A DNA stretch of 64,000 nt from Vulcanimicrobiota bacterium (GTDB lineage Bacteria > Vulcanimicrobiota > Vulcanimicrobiia > Vulcanimicrobiales > Vulcanimicrobiaceae): the NCBI GenBank assembly GCA_963820825.1, contig CAWGBN010000008.1:288001-352000 (forward strand), in the 5' to 3' direction. The position numbers were made by a program, and so were the translations under genes. Positions 39,686 to 50,141 of the stretch are shown in pieces (the first letter of the stretch is position 1; every line of letters starts with the position of its first letter). A model generated the notes under the pieces. That model was not told the DNA's origin. It searched no databases and saw nothing but the letters and a program-made list of their open reading frames with translations.

Positions 39686-39728
39686 GGGTCCCCTCTTCGA
39701 TTCTTATCGCAATAACGCATAGCAAGCG

Positions 39729-40688
39729 TCAAGCGTTTCGGCTTGCCGCCGCCCGGACGAGGCGGTCCATCATCGCAAGGCCCAACCCAGCCTCGGGTAA
39801 AGGCTGAGCATCGATCCGCTCGAGTCCAAGGGAGTCGAGCTCGTGGAGCGCTTCGAAGAAAGATGCGGCTGCCGCACGCAAGTCCCCTTCCCGGGAGAGC
39901 GTCCGGACTGCCGCGTACCCCTCGCTCTCGTCGCGCAACGCGAGCAGTCCGGCCCGCCGGCGCTGCGCGAGCGGCACCAGGGCCGGATCGATTAGCCGCA
40001 GCGGCGTCCGCGGCGCGTAATGGTGCGGCAACTGCCCCGGGGCCGTCGCCGGACCCGTTCGAGCCCCGCGCTCGAGCGGGCCGGTGATCGACTCGATCGC
40101 CTCGATAGGAATCGCTCCCGGGCGCAGCAGGGCCGGACGGGGCTCGAGGGCGACGATCGTCGACTCGATACCGTGCTCGCAGGGGCCGCCGTCCAGAACG
40201 AGATCGACGCGGTCACCGAGGCCCTCGCTGACGTGCTGCGCGCGCGTCGGACTCAAGTGACCGAACGGGTTCGCGCTCGGCGCGGCCAGCGGCGCCCCCA
40301 GCGTTGCAAGCAACGTGCGCGCGACCGGATGCGAGGGCACGCGTACCGCGACCGTGCTCAAGCCGGCCGTCACCAGCCCGGGAACCGCGGCGCTCTTGCC
40401 GAGCACCAACGTGAGCGCGCCCGGCCAGAAGCGATCGATCAGACGTTCTGCCGACTCCGGAACTCGTGAGACGACGCTTGCGAGCATCGCACGATCGAGT
40501 ACGTGCACGATCAGCGGATCGAAGCTCGGCCGCTGCTTGATCTCAAAGATTCGCGCGACCGCAGCACGATCGAAAGCAAGCGCTCCGAGACCGTAGACCG
40601 TTTCGGTAGGAAACGCGACGACGCCGCCGGAGCGCAACGCAGCGGCCGCTCGCGCGATGCTCTGCGAATCTGCCGGCAAGACGGGCAC
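39729..40688 (-). CDS. L-threonylcarbamoyladenylate synthase (Sua5/TsaC2)
   Basis: FPTETVYGLGA, K.RP..PLIVH, APSAN, APGQ...HYAP. Confidence 0.95.
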   Translation of the reverse strand: MPVLPADSQSIARAAAALRSGGVVAFPTETVYGLGALAFDRAAVARIFEIKQRPSFDPLIVHVLDRAMLASVVSRVPESAERLIDRFWPGALTLVLGKSAAVPGLVTAGLSTVAVRVPSHPVARTLLATLGAPLAAPSANPFGHLSPTRAQHVSEGLGDRVDLVLDGGPCEHGIESTIVALEPRPALLRPGAIPIEAIESITGPLERGARTGPATAPGQLPHHYAPRTPLRLIDPALVPLAQRRRAGLLALRDESEGYAAVRTLSREGDLRAAAASFFEALHELDSLGLERIDAQPLPEAGLGLAMMDRLVRAAASRNA

Positions 40689-40730
40689 GAGGAAGGGATG
40701 GCGCCCGGCCCCGGACGATACCTTTAAACC

Positions 40731-42092
40731 ATGCCGGGTCTTGGGCGCTCCCCGCGGCTTTTACCGCTCGCCGCGCTACTATTGGCCGCCTTCTTTTCCG
40801 TGCTGCTCGAGGGTTGCAGCGGCGGCGGCTCGACGCCGTCGGCTGCGGGCCCGCTCCCGCCACCGCCGCCGGCGAAGCAGGGAAAGTACTTCACGCACAT
40901 CGTGATCGTCGTCCAAGAGAACCGCACCTTCGACAATCTCTTCGCGACGTTTCCGAATGCCGACGGCACGACGCGCGGCAAGACGCATAACGGTAAGACG
41001 TATTTGCTTCGCAAGGCCAATCTCGAGAGTCCGATCTCCCCGAATAACGGCTACCAATACTGGAAGCGCGACTGGAACAACGGAAAGATGAACGGGTTCG
41101 ACACCGTTCCGATCGGCAAGACGCCCGGAACCTACGTCTACCAATACGTCAACCCCGATCAGATCCGCTCCTATTGGGAGCTCGCCTCGCAGTACGTGCT
41201 CGCCGATCACACCTTTCAGAGTCAGGGCAGCGGCAGCTTTACCGCGCATCAAGACCTGATTCGCGGCGGTACGCAGATCGACGCGACGCAGAGCCTCATC
41301 GACTTTCCGAGCAGCGCACCGTGGGGATGCGACTCGCCGACGGGAACGCGAACGTCCCTGATCACCGCGGCCAATCAGTACGAGTTTCTGCAAGGCCCGT
41401 TTCCGTGCCTGAGCTATCGTACGCTGCGCGATCTGCTCGACGGTTCCGGCATATCGTGGCGCTACTACACGCCGGCAGTCGGAAGCTTCGGCGGCAATCT
41501 CTGGAACGCGTTCGATGCGATCGGGGCGGTCCGCAACGGCCCGGAATGGGCCGCAAACGTCATCTCGCCGGAGACGCAAGTCTTCACCGATATCGATCGC
41601 AACACGTTACCGGCAATCTCGTGGGTCATTCCGGATTTCAAGAACTCCGATCACCCGGGAGACAACTCCGATACCGGGCCGTCGTGGGTTGCGCAGGTCG
41701 TCAATGCGATCGGCAAGAGTCCCGCGTGGAAGACGACCGCGATCCTGATTGTTTGGGACGATTGGGGCGGGTGGTACGATCACGTCGCGCCGCCGGGCGG
41801 TCGCCGGTTCGGCGGCTTGGGATTCCGCGTTCCGCTCATCTCCGTCGCCCCGTACTCGAAGGAAGGCTACGTCGCGAGCCGCGCCTACGAGTTCGGCAGC
41901 ATCGTGCGATTCGTCGAGGATAACTGGGATCTCGGACGTCTCGGAACGACCGACCAGCATTCGGCCGATTTCGTGCACGACTTTTTCGATTTCACTCAGA
42001 ACCCGCGCAAGTTCGTCCCCGTCGACTCATCCTATTCTAGAGCGTATCTCCTGGCGCAGCCGCCGTCGAACGAGCCGGTCGACAACGAATAA
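40731..42092 (+). CDS. Phosphoesterase lipoprotein, subfamily B
   Basis: LEGC lipobox, QENRTFD, GSFTAHQDLIRGG, SDHP, DDWGGWYDHV. Confidence 0.9.
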   Translation: MPGLGRSPRLLPLAALLLAAFFSVLLEGCSGGGSTPSAAGPLPPPPPAKQGKYFTHIVIVVQENRTFDNLFATFPNADGTTRGKTHNGKTYLLRKANLESPISPNNGYQYWKRDWNNGKMNGFDTVPIGKTPGTYVYQYVNPDQIRSYWELASQYVLADHTFQSQGSGSFTAHQDLIRGGTQIDATQSLIDFPSSAPWGCDSPTGTRTSLITAANQYEFLQGPFPCLSYRTLRDLLDGSGISWRYYTPAVGSFGGNLWNAFDAIGAVRNGPEWAANVISPETQVFTDIDRNTLPAISWVIPDFKNSDHPGDNSDTGPSWVAQVVNAIGKSPAWKTTAILIVWDDWGGWYDHVAPPGGRRFGGLGFRVPLISVAPYSKEGYVASRAYEFGSIVRFVEDNWDLGRLGTTDQHSADFVHDFFDFTQNPRKFVPVDSSYSRAYLLAQPPSNEPVDNE

Positions 42093-42190
42093 AAGTGACC
42101 AAGATTAGTGACGTTTATCAACCCCTACGCCATACGCGTTCGGTCAAATGGAAGACCGGCTCAGACGGCGAACCGTCGGAAGAGTTCGGT

Positions 42191-43432
42191 ATGCATATTT
42201 TAGAGAAGTCGTGGGGCGCTATTGCCCCTAAACACCGGCTACAATCGGTGCCGGTGATCCTTGCCGACTTCGAGCGGATCGGAGTCACCGAGCCCGTCGC
42301 ACAAGACGAGCTCAAAACGATTCAAGCGCACTTCATGACGCTCGCGCAGTGCGCCGCGCGTGGGATCGTCGACGAGGCCGAGCGCGAGCGCCTGGCCGCA
42401 AACTTACGGGAGCGCATGGCGCGTTACGGCACCTCGTCGGAGTACATCGCGCAACGCCAAGTCAGCGTGCTTACCTCGTGCTTCGTCGAGCCCGACGCCG
42501 CCAATCCGTCGGACCTCGTGCGCCGCTACGGCGACTTGCGCGCGCCGACCGGCGAAGCGCTCGACGAGCGGATGACTCTCTACGAAGAGGTTGCCTGCGA
42601 CGTCTTCGAACGCGTCTATGCCGATTCCGAAGCGCCGCCCGACGAGATCGTGCACGTGAGCTGTTCGGGATACGTTTCGCCGAGCCCGGTTCAGACGTTC
42701 CTATCGCGGCGCGGCTGGCTCAACGTCGGCGTGACGCACTCGTACCACATGGGCTGCTACGGCGCGTTTCCGGCGATTCGCACGGCAGTCGGCCTCGTCG
42801 GATCCTCCTACGTATCGCTGCCGAAGCCGAAGCGGCGCGTCGATCTCGTTCACACCGAGTTTCTCTCGCTCCACTTCGACCTGCTCGGCGAAGAGCCCGA
42901 CAACTTCGTCACCTCGACGCTCTTCGCCGACGGCTTCATTAAGTATCGCGCCTATCCGGAGTCTGAGTTCCCGCAGGGCCGCAGCGGACTCAAGATCCTC
43001 GCGATCGACGAGCACATTCTGCCCGATTCGCTCCCCGAGATGACGCTGCGCCCGGGACCCCTGCAGTTCGACATGTCGCTCTCCAAGCGAGTTCCGTTCA
43101 TGATTCGCGACTCGATCGCCGATTTCGTTCGTTCGATCTGCGCGCAGACCGGTCTCGACTTCGAGCGCGAGAAGTCGGCGATGGTCTTTGCGATTCATCC
43201 CGGCGGTCCGGCGATTCTCAATCAGATACGCAGCCGAATCGGCATCGAGGAGTCACAGATCGCACTGAGCCGCCGCGTTCTCTACGAACACGGCAACATG
43301 GCCTCGGCGACCGCGCCGCACATCTGGCAGCATATCGTGGAATCGCCCGAGATTCCCAGCGGAGCGAAGGTCCTAAGCATGGCATTCGGACCCGGTTTAA
43401 CGGTTATCGGCGCACTCTTCGAGAAAGTGTAG
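42191..43432 (+). CDS. Type III polyketide synthase (chalcone/stilbene synthase-like)
   Basis: Triad Cys (MGCYGA), His (IHPGG), Asn (HGNMAS); also LFADG and AFGPGL. Confidence 0.92.
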   Translation: MHILEKSWGAIAPKHRLQSVPVILADFERIGVTEPVAQDELKTIQAHFMTLAQCAARGIVDEAERERLAANLRERMARYGTSSEYIAQRQVSVLTSCFVEPDAANPSDLVRRYGDLRAPTGEALDERMTLYEEVACDVFERVYADSEAPPDEIVHVSCSGYVSPSPVQTFLSRRGWLNVGVTHSYHMGCYGAFPAIRTAVGLVGSSYVSLPKPKRRVDLVHTEFLSLHFDLLGEEPDNFVTSTLFADGFIKYRAYPESEFPQGRSGLKILAIDEHILPDSLPEMTLRPGPLQFDMSLSKRVPFMIRDSIADFVRSICAQTGLDFEREKSAMVFAIHPGGPAILNQIRSRIGIEESQIALSRRVLYEHGNMASATAPHIWQHIVESPEIPSGAKVLSMAFGPGLTVIGALFEKV

Positions 43433-43503
43433 AGTCAGATGGCTACTGACGCTAAGACACCGCAGAGACATGTCTCCGTGCCTGGGCCCTTCGTACTTGG
43501 AGC

Positions 43504-44607
43504 GTGCGCACCGTACACGCCGCCGCTCCACTCTTCGTAGGCCTGGGCAATCTCGAATCGCTGATGCTCTCGCGCAGCTTGGCGACGCAACGAGTCGATC
43601 GCCCGGTTTATATCTGCGGCCTACCGCGGGCCGGCACGACGATCACGCTGCAGATGCTCAGCGAGCATCCCGACGTCGTCACGCACAAGTACGCGGACTT
43701 CCTGATGCCCTACATGCCGTGGGTCTGGAACAACGTCTTCCCGCGCATCCCGGTCGACGCGATGCGCAAACCGGTGCCGCGCATCCATCGCGACCGCATC
43801 GAGGTGACGCGCGACAGCGCCGAGATGGGCGAAGAGATTCTCTGGGAACACTTCTTCCCGTTCATCCACGACGAATCGAAGTACAGCGTCCTCGATAGCT
43901 CGACGTCGAATCCGGCCTTCGAGCGCTTCTACAGCGAGCATCTGCGCAAGCTGGCGATGGTCCGCGGACGCAGCCGCTACGTCAGCAAAGCGATTCTCTG
44001 CGTGCTGCGCATGCAGTACCTGCGCAAGATTTTCCCCGACGCGCGCTTCCTGCTCTACGTTCGCAACCCGATCGATCACGTCGCCTCGCTGATCAAGCAG
44101 GACCGCATTTGGGCCGAGCTCGAGCGCGACGACCCGCGTCAGATCGAGATCATCGAGCTCACCGGGCACCACGAGTTCGGCACGCGCCAGGTCATGGCGA
44201 ACGTCGGCAGCCCCGGGACTCTGCGCGAGATCCGCCGGCTCTTCGACGAAGGAAAGTGGGCGCAGTCCCGCGCGCGTTACTGGGCCTACGTCTACGGCTT
44301 CGTCGCCGGACAGCTCGATGCCGATCCCGAGCTCGCGCGCAGCGTCTGCATCGTCCGCTACGAAGACCTCTGCAGCGACTCGCCGACGACGATCGACCGC
44401 ATTCTGACGCACACCGGTCTCGACGCGGCGAGCTTTGCCGACGCCAAGGCCAAGTACGACGAGAAGCTCTCCTTCCCCGATTACTACAAGCCTACGTTTA
44501 CCGCCGACGTCATGGACGATATCATTGCCAGCACCTCCGATGTAGCCAAACGGTTCAACTACGACGTCGGCGCCATCGCGCAGAGAGTCGGCGTTGTCGC
44601 GTCGTGA
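43504..44607 (+). CDS. PAPS-dependent sulfotransferase
   Basis: 5'-PSB loop GLPRAGTT, 3'-PB motif RNPIDHVAS, RYEDL; true start may be ATG 43439 across a frameshift. Confidence 0.88.
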   Translation: MRTVHAAAPLFVGLGNLESLMLSRSLATQRVDRPVYICGLPRAGTTITLQMLSEHPDVVTHKYADFLMPYMPWVWNNVFPRIPVDAMRKPVPRIHRDRIEVTRDSAEMGEEILWEHFFPFIHDESKYSVLDSSTSNPAFERFYSEHLRKLAMVRGRSRYVSKAILCVLRMQYLRKIFPDARFLLYVRNPIDHVASLIKQDRIWAELERDDPRQIEIIELTGHHEFGTRQVMANVGSPGTLREIRRLFDEGKWAQSRARYWAYVYGFVAGQLDADPELARSVCIVRYEDLCSDSPTTIDRILTHTGLDAASFADAKAKYDEKLSFPDYYKPTFTADVMDDIIASTSDVAKRFNYDVGAIAQRVGVVAS

Positions 44608-46019
44608 CGCTCCGCTCTCGCTGCGCTCTGGCGATTGCCGCTAGCGTAGCCGTAACCGCCTGCGGCGGCGGAGTAAACGGAACGCCGCCGCTCACCGAAC
44701 TCCCCGGCCGCCATCACCGCTCGGGCAGCTCGCCGATCACGCACGTGGTGCTGATCATTCAAGAGAACCGAACCTTCAATAATCTCTTCGCGGGCTTTCC
44801 CGGTGCGACCAGCTCGCTCACCGGCGAAGAGCTCGTCAAGCAAGGCAACGGATACGTCGAGCAAAAGATCAGCCTCACCAAGACCAAGCTCACCGACAAG
44901 CAGAACATCGCCCATCTCTATAAAGCCTTCTTAACCGCGTGGCAGAAAGGCGCGATGGACGGCTTCAGCCTGGTGAAGTTCACCCGCACCGGACAACCCG
45001 AAGGTAAGACACCCTATCAGTACGTCGACCCGGCACAGATCGTCCCCTATCGCACGATGGCCGCGCAGTGGGGCCTCGCCGACGAGATGTTTCAGACCCA
45101 GGGCAGCGACAGCTTTACGGCCCATCAGGATCTCATCCGCGGCGGCACGTTCATCAACAGCACCCAGAGCCTGATCGACCCGCCGACCTCACCCTACGTC
45201 TGGGGCTGCGATGCCGGACCCGGCGCGAAGACCTCGCTGATCACCACGAAACTCAAGCTCAAAGTCGATGCGGGTCCCTTCCCGTGCTCGAACGCCTTCC
45301 CCAACTACGGATCGGGCGGGTATAAGACGCTGCGCGATTTGCTCGAAGCGAAGTCGCTCTCGTGGAAGTACTACACGCCGCAGTTCGAGCACTCGCAGCC
45401 CAACGGCATGTGGGACGCCTTCGACGTGATCGCACCCGTACGGTACAGTTCGGAGTGGACGACGAACATCTCATCGCCCGAAACGAACATCCTCACCGAC
45501 ATCTCGAACGGCGATCTGCCGGCGATGTCGTGGGTAGTTCCCGACGCGGCGAACTCCGACCATCCCGGCTACGCGCGCAAGGATACCGGCCCGTCGTGGG
45601 TCGCGAGCATCGTCAACGCGATCGGAGAGAGTCAATACTGGAACTCGACGGCGGTGATCGTCGTTTGGGACGACTGGGGCGGATTCTACGATCCGGTCGC
45701 GCCTCCGAAGCAGGATAATGAAGGCGGCCCGGGCTTCCGCGTTCCGATGATCGTCGTCTCGCCGTACGTTAAGACCGGTAGCGGCAGCCAAGGCGGTTAC
45801 GTCTCGCATACGATCTACGAGTTCGGCAGCATCCTGCGCTTCGTCGAAGATACCTTCGGGCTGGGCAGATTGGGAACGACCGACTCGACCTGCACGAGCA
45901 TGGGCGACATGTTCGATCTCGGCCAATCGCCGCGCACGTTCAAACAGATCGGGTCGAAGTATTCCAAGGAGTATTTCCTTCGCGAAAAGCCGTCAAACTA
46001 TCCCGTCGACACCGAGTAA
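44604..46019 (+). CDS. Phosphoesterase lipoprotein, subfamily B
   Basis: GTGA overlap with the sulfotransferase stop; VTAC lipobox, QENRTFN, DSFTAHQ. Confidence 0.9.
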   Translation: MTLRSRCALAIAASVAVTACGGGVNGTPPLTELPGRHHRSGSSPITHVVLIIQENRTFNNLFAGFPGATSSLTGEELVKQGNGYVEQKISLTKTKLTDKQNIAHLYKAFLTAWQKGAMDGFSLVKFTRTGQPEGKTPYQYVDPAQIVPYRTMAAQWGLADEMFQTQGSDSFTAHQDLIRGGTFINSTQSLIDPPTSPYVWGCDAGPGAKTSLITTKLKLKVDAGPFPCSNAFPNYGSGGYKTLRDLLEAKSLSWKYYTPQFEHSQPNGMWDAFDVIAPVRYSSEWTTNISSPETNILTDISNGDLPAMSWVVPDAANSDHPGYARKDTGPSWVASIVNAIGESQYWNSTAVIVVWDDWGGFYDPVAPPKQDNEGGPGFRVPMIVVSPYVKTGSGSQGGYVSHTIYEFGSILRFVEDTFGLGRLGTTDSTCTSMGDMFDLGQSPRTFKQIGSKYSKEYFLREKPSNYPVDTE

Positions 46020-46026
46020 TAGAGTC

Positions 46027-47442
46027 ATGAACCTCGCGTACCGTTCGATGCCGATGCTGCTGTCGGCGAGTCTCGCGCTCTCCGGCTGCGCCGCCGGCGT
46101 ATCCTCCTCGATTCCGAGCATCGAGTCGCCCTTTACCGCGCCGCCGCCGTCCGCGTCGAAGATCACGCACGTCGTGCTGATGATTCAGGAGAACCGGACC
46201 TTCAACAATCTCTTCGCCGGTTTTCCGAATGCGAAGAGCTCGCTTACCGGCGAAGAGCTGGTTAAGCAAGGCGGCAAATACGTCGAGCAAAAGGTTAACC
46301 TCACCAAAGCCGACCTCACGTATAAGGGCAACCTCACCCATCTTTACGACGCATTCTTAACGGCGTGGCACAAGGGCGGGATGGACGGATTCAACCTGGT
46401 CAAGTACGTCCGCAACGGTCAGCCCGAAGGGACGGCGCCCTATCAATACGTCGATCCATCGCAGATCGGGCCGTACCGCACGCTGGCGGCGCAGTGGGGT
46501 CTTTCCGACGAGATGTTTCAGACGCAGGGCAGCGACAGCTTCACCGCCCACCAGGATCTGATTCGCGGCGACACGTTCATCAACTCGACCCAGAGTCTGA
46601 TCGATCCGCCGACTTCGCCCGACGCCTGGGGCTGCGATTCGGGACCGGGTTCGAAGACGCAAGTGATCACGACGAAACTCAAGTTCCTCCACAACGCCGG
46701 GCCCTTTCCGTGCACCAAAGACTTCCCAGGCGGCTCGAGCAGCTATCCGACGCTGCGCGACCTGCTCGATGCGAAATCGGTCTCGTGGAAGTATTATGCG
46801 CCGCCGTTCGAGCACTCGCAGCCGAACGGGCTCTGGAACGCCTTCGACATGATCGCGCCCGTTCGCTACGGCTCGGAATGGACGACGAACATCTCCTCGC
46901 CGGAGAAGAACGTGCTCTCCGACATCAAGAACGGCAACCTTCCGGCGATGTCGTGGGTGATTCCCGATGCCGCAAACTCCGACCACCCCGGATACGCGGC
47001 GCACGATACCGGTCCGTCGTGGGTTGCCTCCGTCGTCAATGCGATCGGCCAGAGCCACTACTGGAACTCGACGGCGATCATCGTCGTTTGGGACGACTGG
47101 GGCGGCTTCTACGACCCCGTGGCTCCGCCGCCGCAAGATAATCAGGGCGGCCCCGGCTTCCGCGTCGCGATGATCGTCGCCTCACCCTACGTTCGCCTCA
47201 ACGGCGCCGGCAAGGCGGGCTACGTCTCGCACACGCTCTACAGCTTTGGCAGCATCCTTCGCTTCATCGAAGACATGTTCGCGCTCGGACGCCTCGGCAC
47301 GACCGATTCGACCTCCAAGAGCATCGGTGATATGTTCAACTTCAAGCAATCGCCGCGCAAGTTTCAGAAGATCCAAACGCAGTACTCGCGCGACTTCTTC
47401 GTCCGGCAGCGACCCTCACGACTCCCCGTCGACACCGACTAG
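46027..47442 (+). CDS. Phosphoesterase lipoprotein, subfamily B
   Basis: LSGC lipobox; close paralog of 44604..46019. Confidence 0.9.
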   Translation: MNLAYRSMPMLLSASLALSGCAAGVSSSIPSIESPFTAPPPSASKITHVVLMIQENRTFNNLFAGFPNAKSSLTGEELVKQGGKYVEQKVNLTKADLTYKGNLTHLYDAFLTAWHKGGMDGFNLVKYVRNGQPEGTAPYQYVDPSQIGPYRTLAAQWGLSDEMFQTQGSDSFTAHQDLIRGDTFINSTQSLIDPPTSPDAWGCDSGPGSKTQVITTKLKFLHNAGPFPCTKDFPGGSSSYPTLRDLLDAKSVSWKYYAPPFEHSQPNGLWNAFDMIAPVRYGSEWTTNISSPEKNVLSDIKNGNLPAMSWVIPDAANSDHPGYAAHDTGPSWVASVVNAIGQSHYWNSTAIIVVWDDWGGFYDPVAPPPQDNQGGPGFRVAMIVASPYVRLNGAGKAGYVSHTLYSFGSILRFIEDMFALGRLGTTDSTSKSIGDMFNFKQSPRKFQKIQTQYSRDFFVRQRPSRLPVDTD

Positions 47443-47461
47443 CGGGGCGCCGCTGCGGCGG

Positions 47462-48799
47462 CTAATCTGCGTCGGGGATGCGATCGTCGAGCGGCTGGTT
47501 GATGAAGAACTGCGCGTCGTGCGGCGCTTTGATCGGCACGAACTTGCGCGGCTTCTGGGTAAAATCGAGGCAGTCTGGTGCGGGCGATCTCGCGCGCTTG
47601 TCGGCGGCTGAGAGCGAAGGGAGCCCGAAGAGGTCTTCAGCGAATCGCAGTACGCTTGCGGTCTCGTACTGCTTGTGCGAAACGAAATCTTTCTTTGCAT
47701 AGGGCGAGATGACGATCAGTGGAACGCGGAAGCCGAGCCCGTCGTAATCCCTAAACGGCGGCGGCACGGGATCGTAGAGACCCCCCCAATCGTCCCACTG
47801 CACGAAGATCACCGTCGAGTCCCAAAACTTGCTCTTCCCGACCGCGTTGACTACCGACGCGACCCACGACGGACCATAGCCGCCGCCGCAATCGAGATGG
47901 TCGGAGTCGGGACAGAGCGGCGTTACCCACGTGAAGGCCGAGAGCTTGCCGGCGGCGACGTCTTTCAGGAACCGGTGCTGCGGCGTGATGATATTCTTCT
48001 TCCAATCCGGGCCGTGGAAGATGTGCTTCACCGCCTGATACCCCGACCAGAGGCCGCTATACGGTTTATTGTACTTGCTCGTGTAGAAGCGCCAGCTCAA
48101 TCCCGCGCCGTCGAGCTCGTCACCGAGCGTGGTGTAGTCGAAGCACGGCGCCTGGGGCTTGCCGTAGGTTCGCTTCATCGTGATCGTCGGTTCGGGGTCG
48201 CCTTTGCCGCCTTCGCAACCCCACCAGCCGCCGGGCACGTCGACGCTCGACTGCGCTTGGGCGGCGATGATGTACTGATGCGCGACGAAGCTCTCGTCGA
48301 GCTGCGATTGGAACATCTTGTCGGCGAGCACCCACTCGTGCGCCATGTCCCAATACGGCTTCGACTCCGAGTGCGGAACGTAAGCGTATTGGGCATCACC
48401 GCCGCCGCCGACGGAGCCCTCCTTGTCGAAACCGTTCATCCGGCATTTCGTTCCGGGAAGCGAGCCGGTTCCGTTGCAGGCAAGAAACATCGCCTCCGCG
48501 CCGTGCGCGATCTCGTAGGTCTTGGTCAGGCTCACCGGACGCAGCGCAATGGTCTTGCCGCGCGAGTCCTTCCCGCTCGAGACCGTATACGCGTTGGGAT
48601 AACCTTCGAACATATCGTTGAAGCTGCGATTCTCCTGGACGACCCAGACGACGTGCTGGATCTTTCCGGCGCCCGTGCCGTTGAGCGTTTCGATGGCCGC
48701 ATCGCCACGCATATAGGGCAGCGCCCCACCGCTGTTACCGCCGTAAGCGCACGCGGTGAGCGCCAGCGCCGTCGTAACTGCAAAGATTCGTTTACTCAT
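47462..48799 (-). CDS. Phosphoesterase lipoprotein (last gene of array 2)
   Basis: LTAC lipobox, QENRSFN, ESFVAHQ, DDWGG. Confidence 0.9.
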   Translation of the reverse strand: MSKRIFAVTTALALTACAYGGNSGGALPYMRGDAAIETLNGTGAGKIQHVVWVVQENRSFNDMFEGYPNAYTVSSGKDSRGKTIALRPVSLTKTYEIAHGAEAMFLACNGTGSLPGTKCRMNGFDKEGSVGGGGDAQYAYVPHSESKPYWDMAHEWVLADKMFQSQLDESFVAHQYIIAAQAQSSVDVPGGWWGCEGGKGDPEPTITMKRTYGKPQAPCFDYTTLGDELDGAGLSWRFYTSKYNKPYSGLWSGYQAVKHIFHGPDWKKNIITPQHRFLKDVAAGKLSAFTWVTPLCPDSDHLDCGGGYGPSWVASVVNAVGKSKFWDSTVIFVQWDDWGGLYDPVPPPFRDYDGLGFRVPLIVISPYAKKDFVSHKQYETASVLRFAEDLFGLPSLSAADKRARSPAPDCLDFTQKPRKFVPIKAPHDAQFFINQPLDDRIPDAD

Positions 48800-50141
48800 A
48801 ATCGGGTGCGAAGTAATCGTCGGGGAACTGCTTCATAAAGAACTTCGGCGGATGCGAGGCGTAGATTTTGACGAACGGCCGCGGCTTCTGCGAGAAATCG
48901 AAGGCATCTTTGCCGGGTGCGTTCGCGCGCGCGTCGGCGTGGGAAAGTTGCTTCAACCCGAAGAGGTTCTCGGCGAAGCGTAAGACGCTCGCCGTCTCGT
49001 ATTGGACGTGGGTGACGTGGTCCGCCCGGGCGTACGGCGAGATGATCAGCAGCGGAACGCGGAAGCCCAGGCCGTCGCGCCCTTCGTACGGCGGTGGAAC
49101 GTGGTCGTAGAGTCCGCCCCAATCATCCCACTGCACGAAGATGACCGTCGAGTCCCAAAACTTACTCTTTCCGACCGTGTTGACCAGCGCCGCGACCCAC
49201 GACGGTCCGAAGGTTCCGGGGCAGTTCACGTGATCGGAATCGTCGCAGACCGGCGTCACCCAGGTGAAATTTGCAAGCTCGCCGTTACGAACGTCGGTAA
49301 TGAACTTCCAGTTGGGCGAGATGACGTTCTTCCAGTCCGGACCGTAACGAATGTGCTTGACGGCCTCGAAGCTCGACCACTCCGCTCCGCCGTCGCTCTG
49401 GCCGCTCCCGTACTTGGCCGAGTAGAAACGCCAAGTGAGCTTCGCGCTGTCGAGTTCGTCGGCGAGCGTCTCGTAGTCGAAGCAGGGATGGCTCGAACGC
49501 ATGTCGATCGTTCGCTGCGCAGTGATGGTGTCGAGCGTATCGTACTTCCCGCCGCCGCAGCCCCAGCGGCCGTTCGGCAGATCGACGGAATAGTCGGCCT
49601 GCGCCGCAATAATATACTGATGTGCGACGAAGCTCTCGTCGAGCTGCGATTGGAACATCTTGTCGGCGAGCACCCACTCGTGCGCCATGTCCCAGTACGG
49701 CTTCACTTGTTTGTAGGGAGCGTAAACATACTCGCGATTCTTCGGTCCGCCGAAGCCCCACTCGTTGTCGAAGCCGTTCATCTGACAGTCGGTACCGGGA
49801 AGCTTTCCCGTTCCGTTGCACGCCGCGAACATCGCCGTCACAGAGTGGTCGATCTCAAACGGGTGGCCGAGCGGATAGGGCCGCAGCTTGATGACGTGCC
49901 CTTTCGAATCCTTGCCGCTCGAAACGGTGTCGGCGTTCGGATAGCCTTGGAAGAGGTTGTCGAAGCTGCGGTTCTCCTGGACGATGTAGACGATGTGCTG
50001 GATCTTTCCGGCACCCGTATCGTTGAGCGCGCCCAGCGCTGCGTCGCCGCGCATGTACGGCAAGGCCCCGCCGGCGGTGGAGGATGAAGCACAGCCGGCG
50101 AGCATCAGAGCCGCCGCGATAAAGACGATATATTTATTCAT
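48792..50141 (-). CDS. Phosphoesterase lipoprotein
   Basis: LAGC lipobox; same motifs. Confidence 0.9.
   Translation of the reverse strand: MNKYIVFIAAALMLAGCASSSTAGGALPYMRGDAALGALNDTGAGKIQHIVYIVQENRSFDNLFQGYPNADTVSSGKDSKGHVIKLRPYPLGHPFEIDHSVTAMFAACNGTGKLPGTDCQMNGFDNEWGFGGPKNREYVYAPYKQVKPYWDMAHEWVLADKMFQSQLDESFVAHQYIIAAQADYSVDLPNGRWGCGGGKYDTLDTITAQRTIDMRSSHPCFDYETLADELDSAKLTWRFYSAKYGSGQSDGGAEWSSFEAVKHIRYGPDWKNVISPNWKFITDVRNGELANFTWVTPVCDDSDHVNCPGTFGPSWVAALVNTVGKSKFWDSTVIFVQWDDWGGLYDHVPPPYEGRDGLGFRVPLLIISPYARADHVTHVQYETASVLRFAENLFGLKQLSHADARANAPGKDAFDFSQKPRPFVKIYASHPPKFFMKQFPDDYFAPDYE

Noticed and set aside
44109..46019. 636-aa ORF that looks like a sulfotransferase-phosphoesterase fusion
   Set aside because: The first 165 codons are an off-frame overlap with the sulfotransferase; the signal peptide and lipobox begin at GTG 44604.
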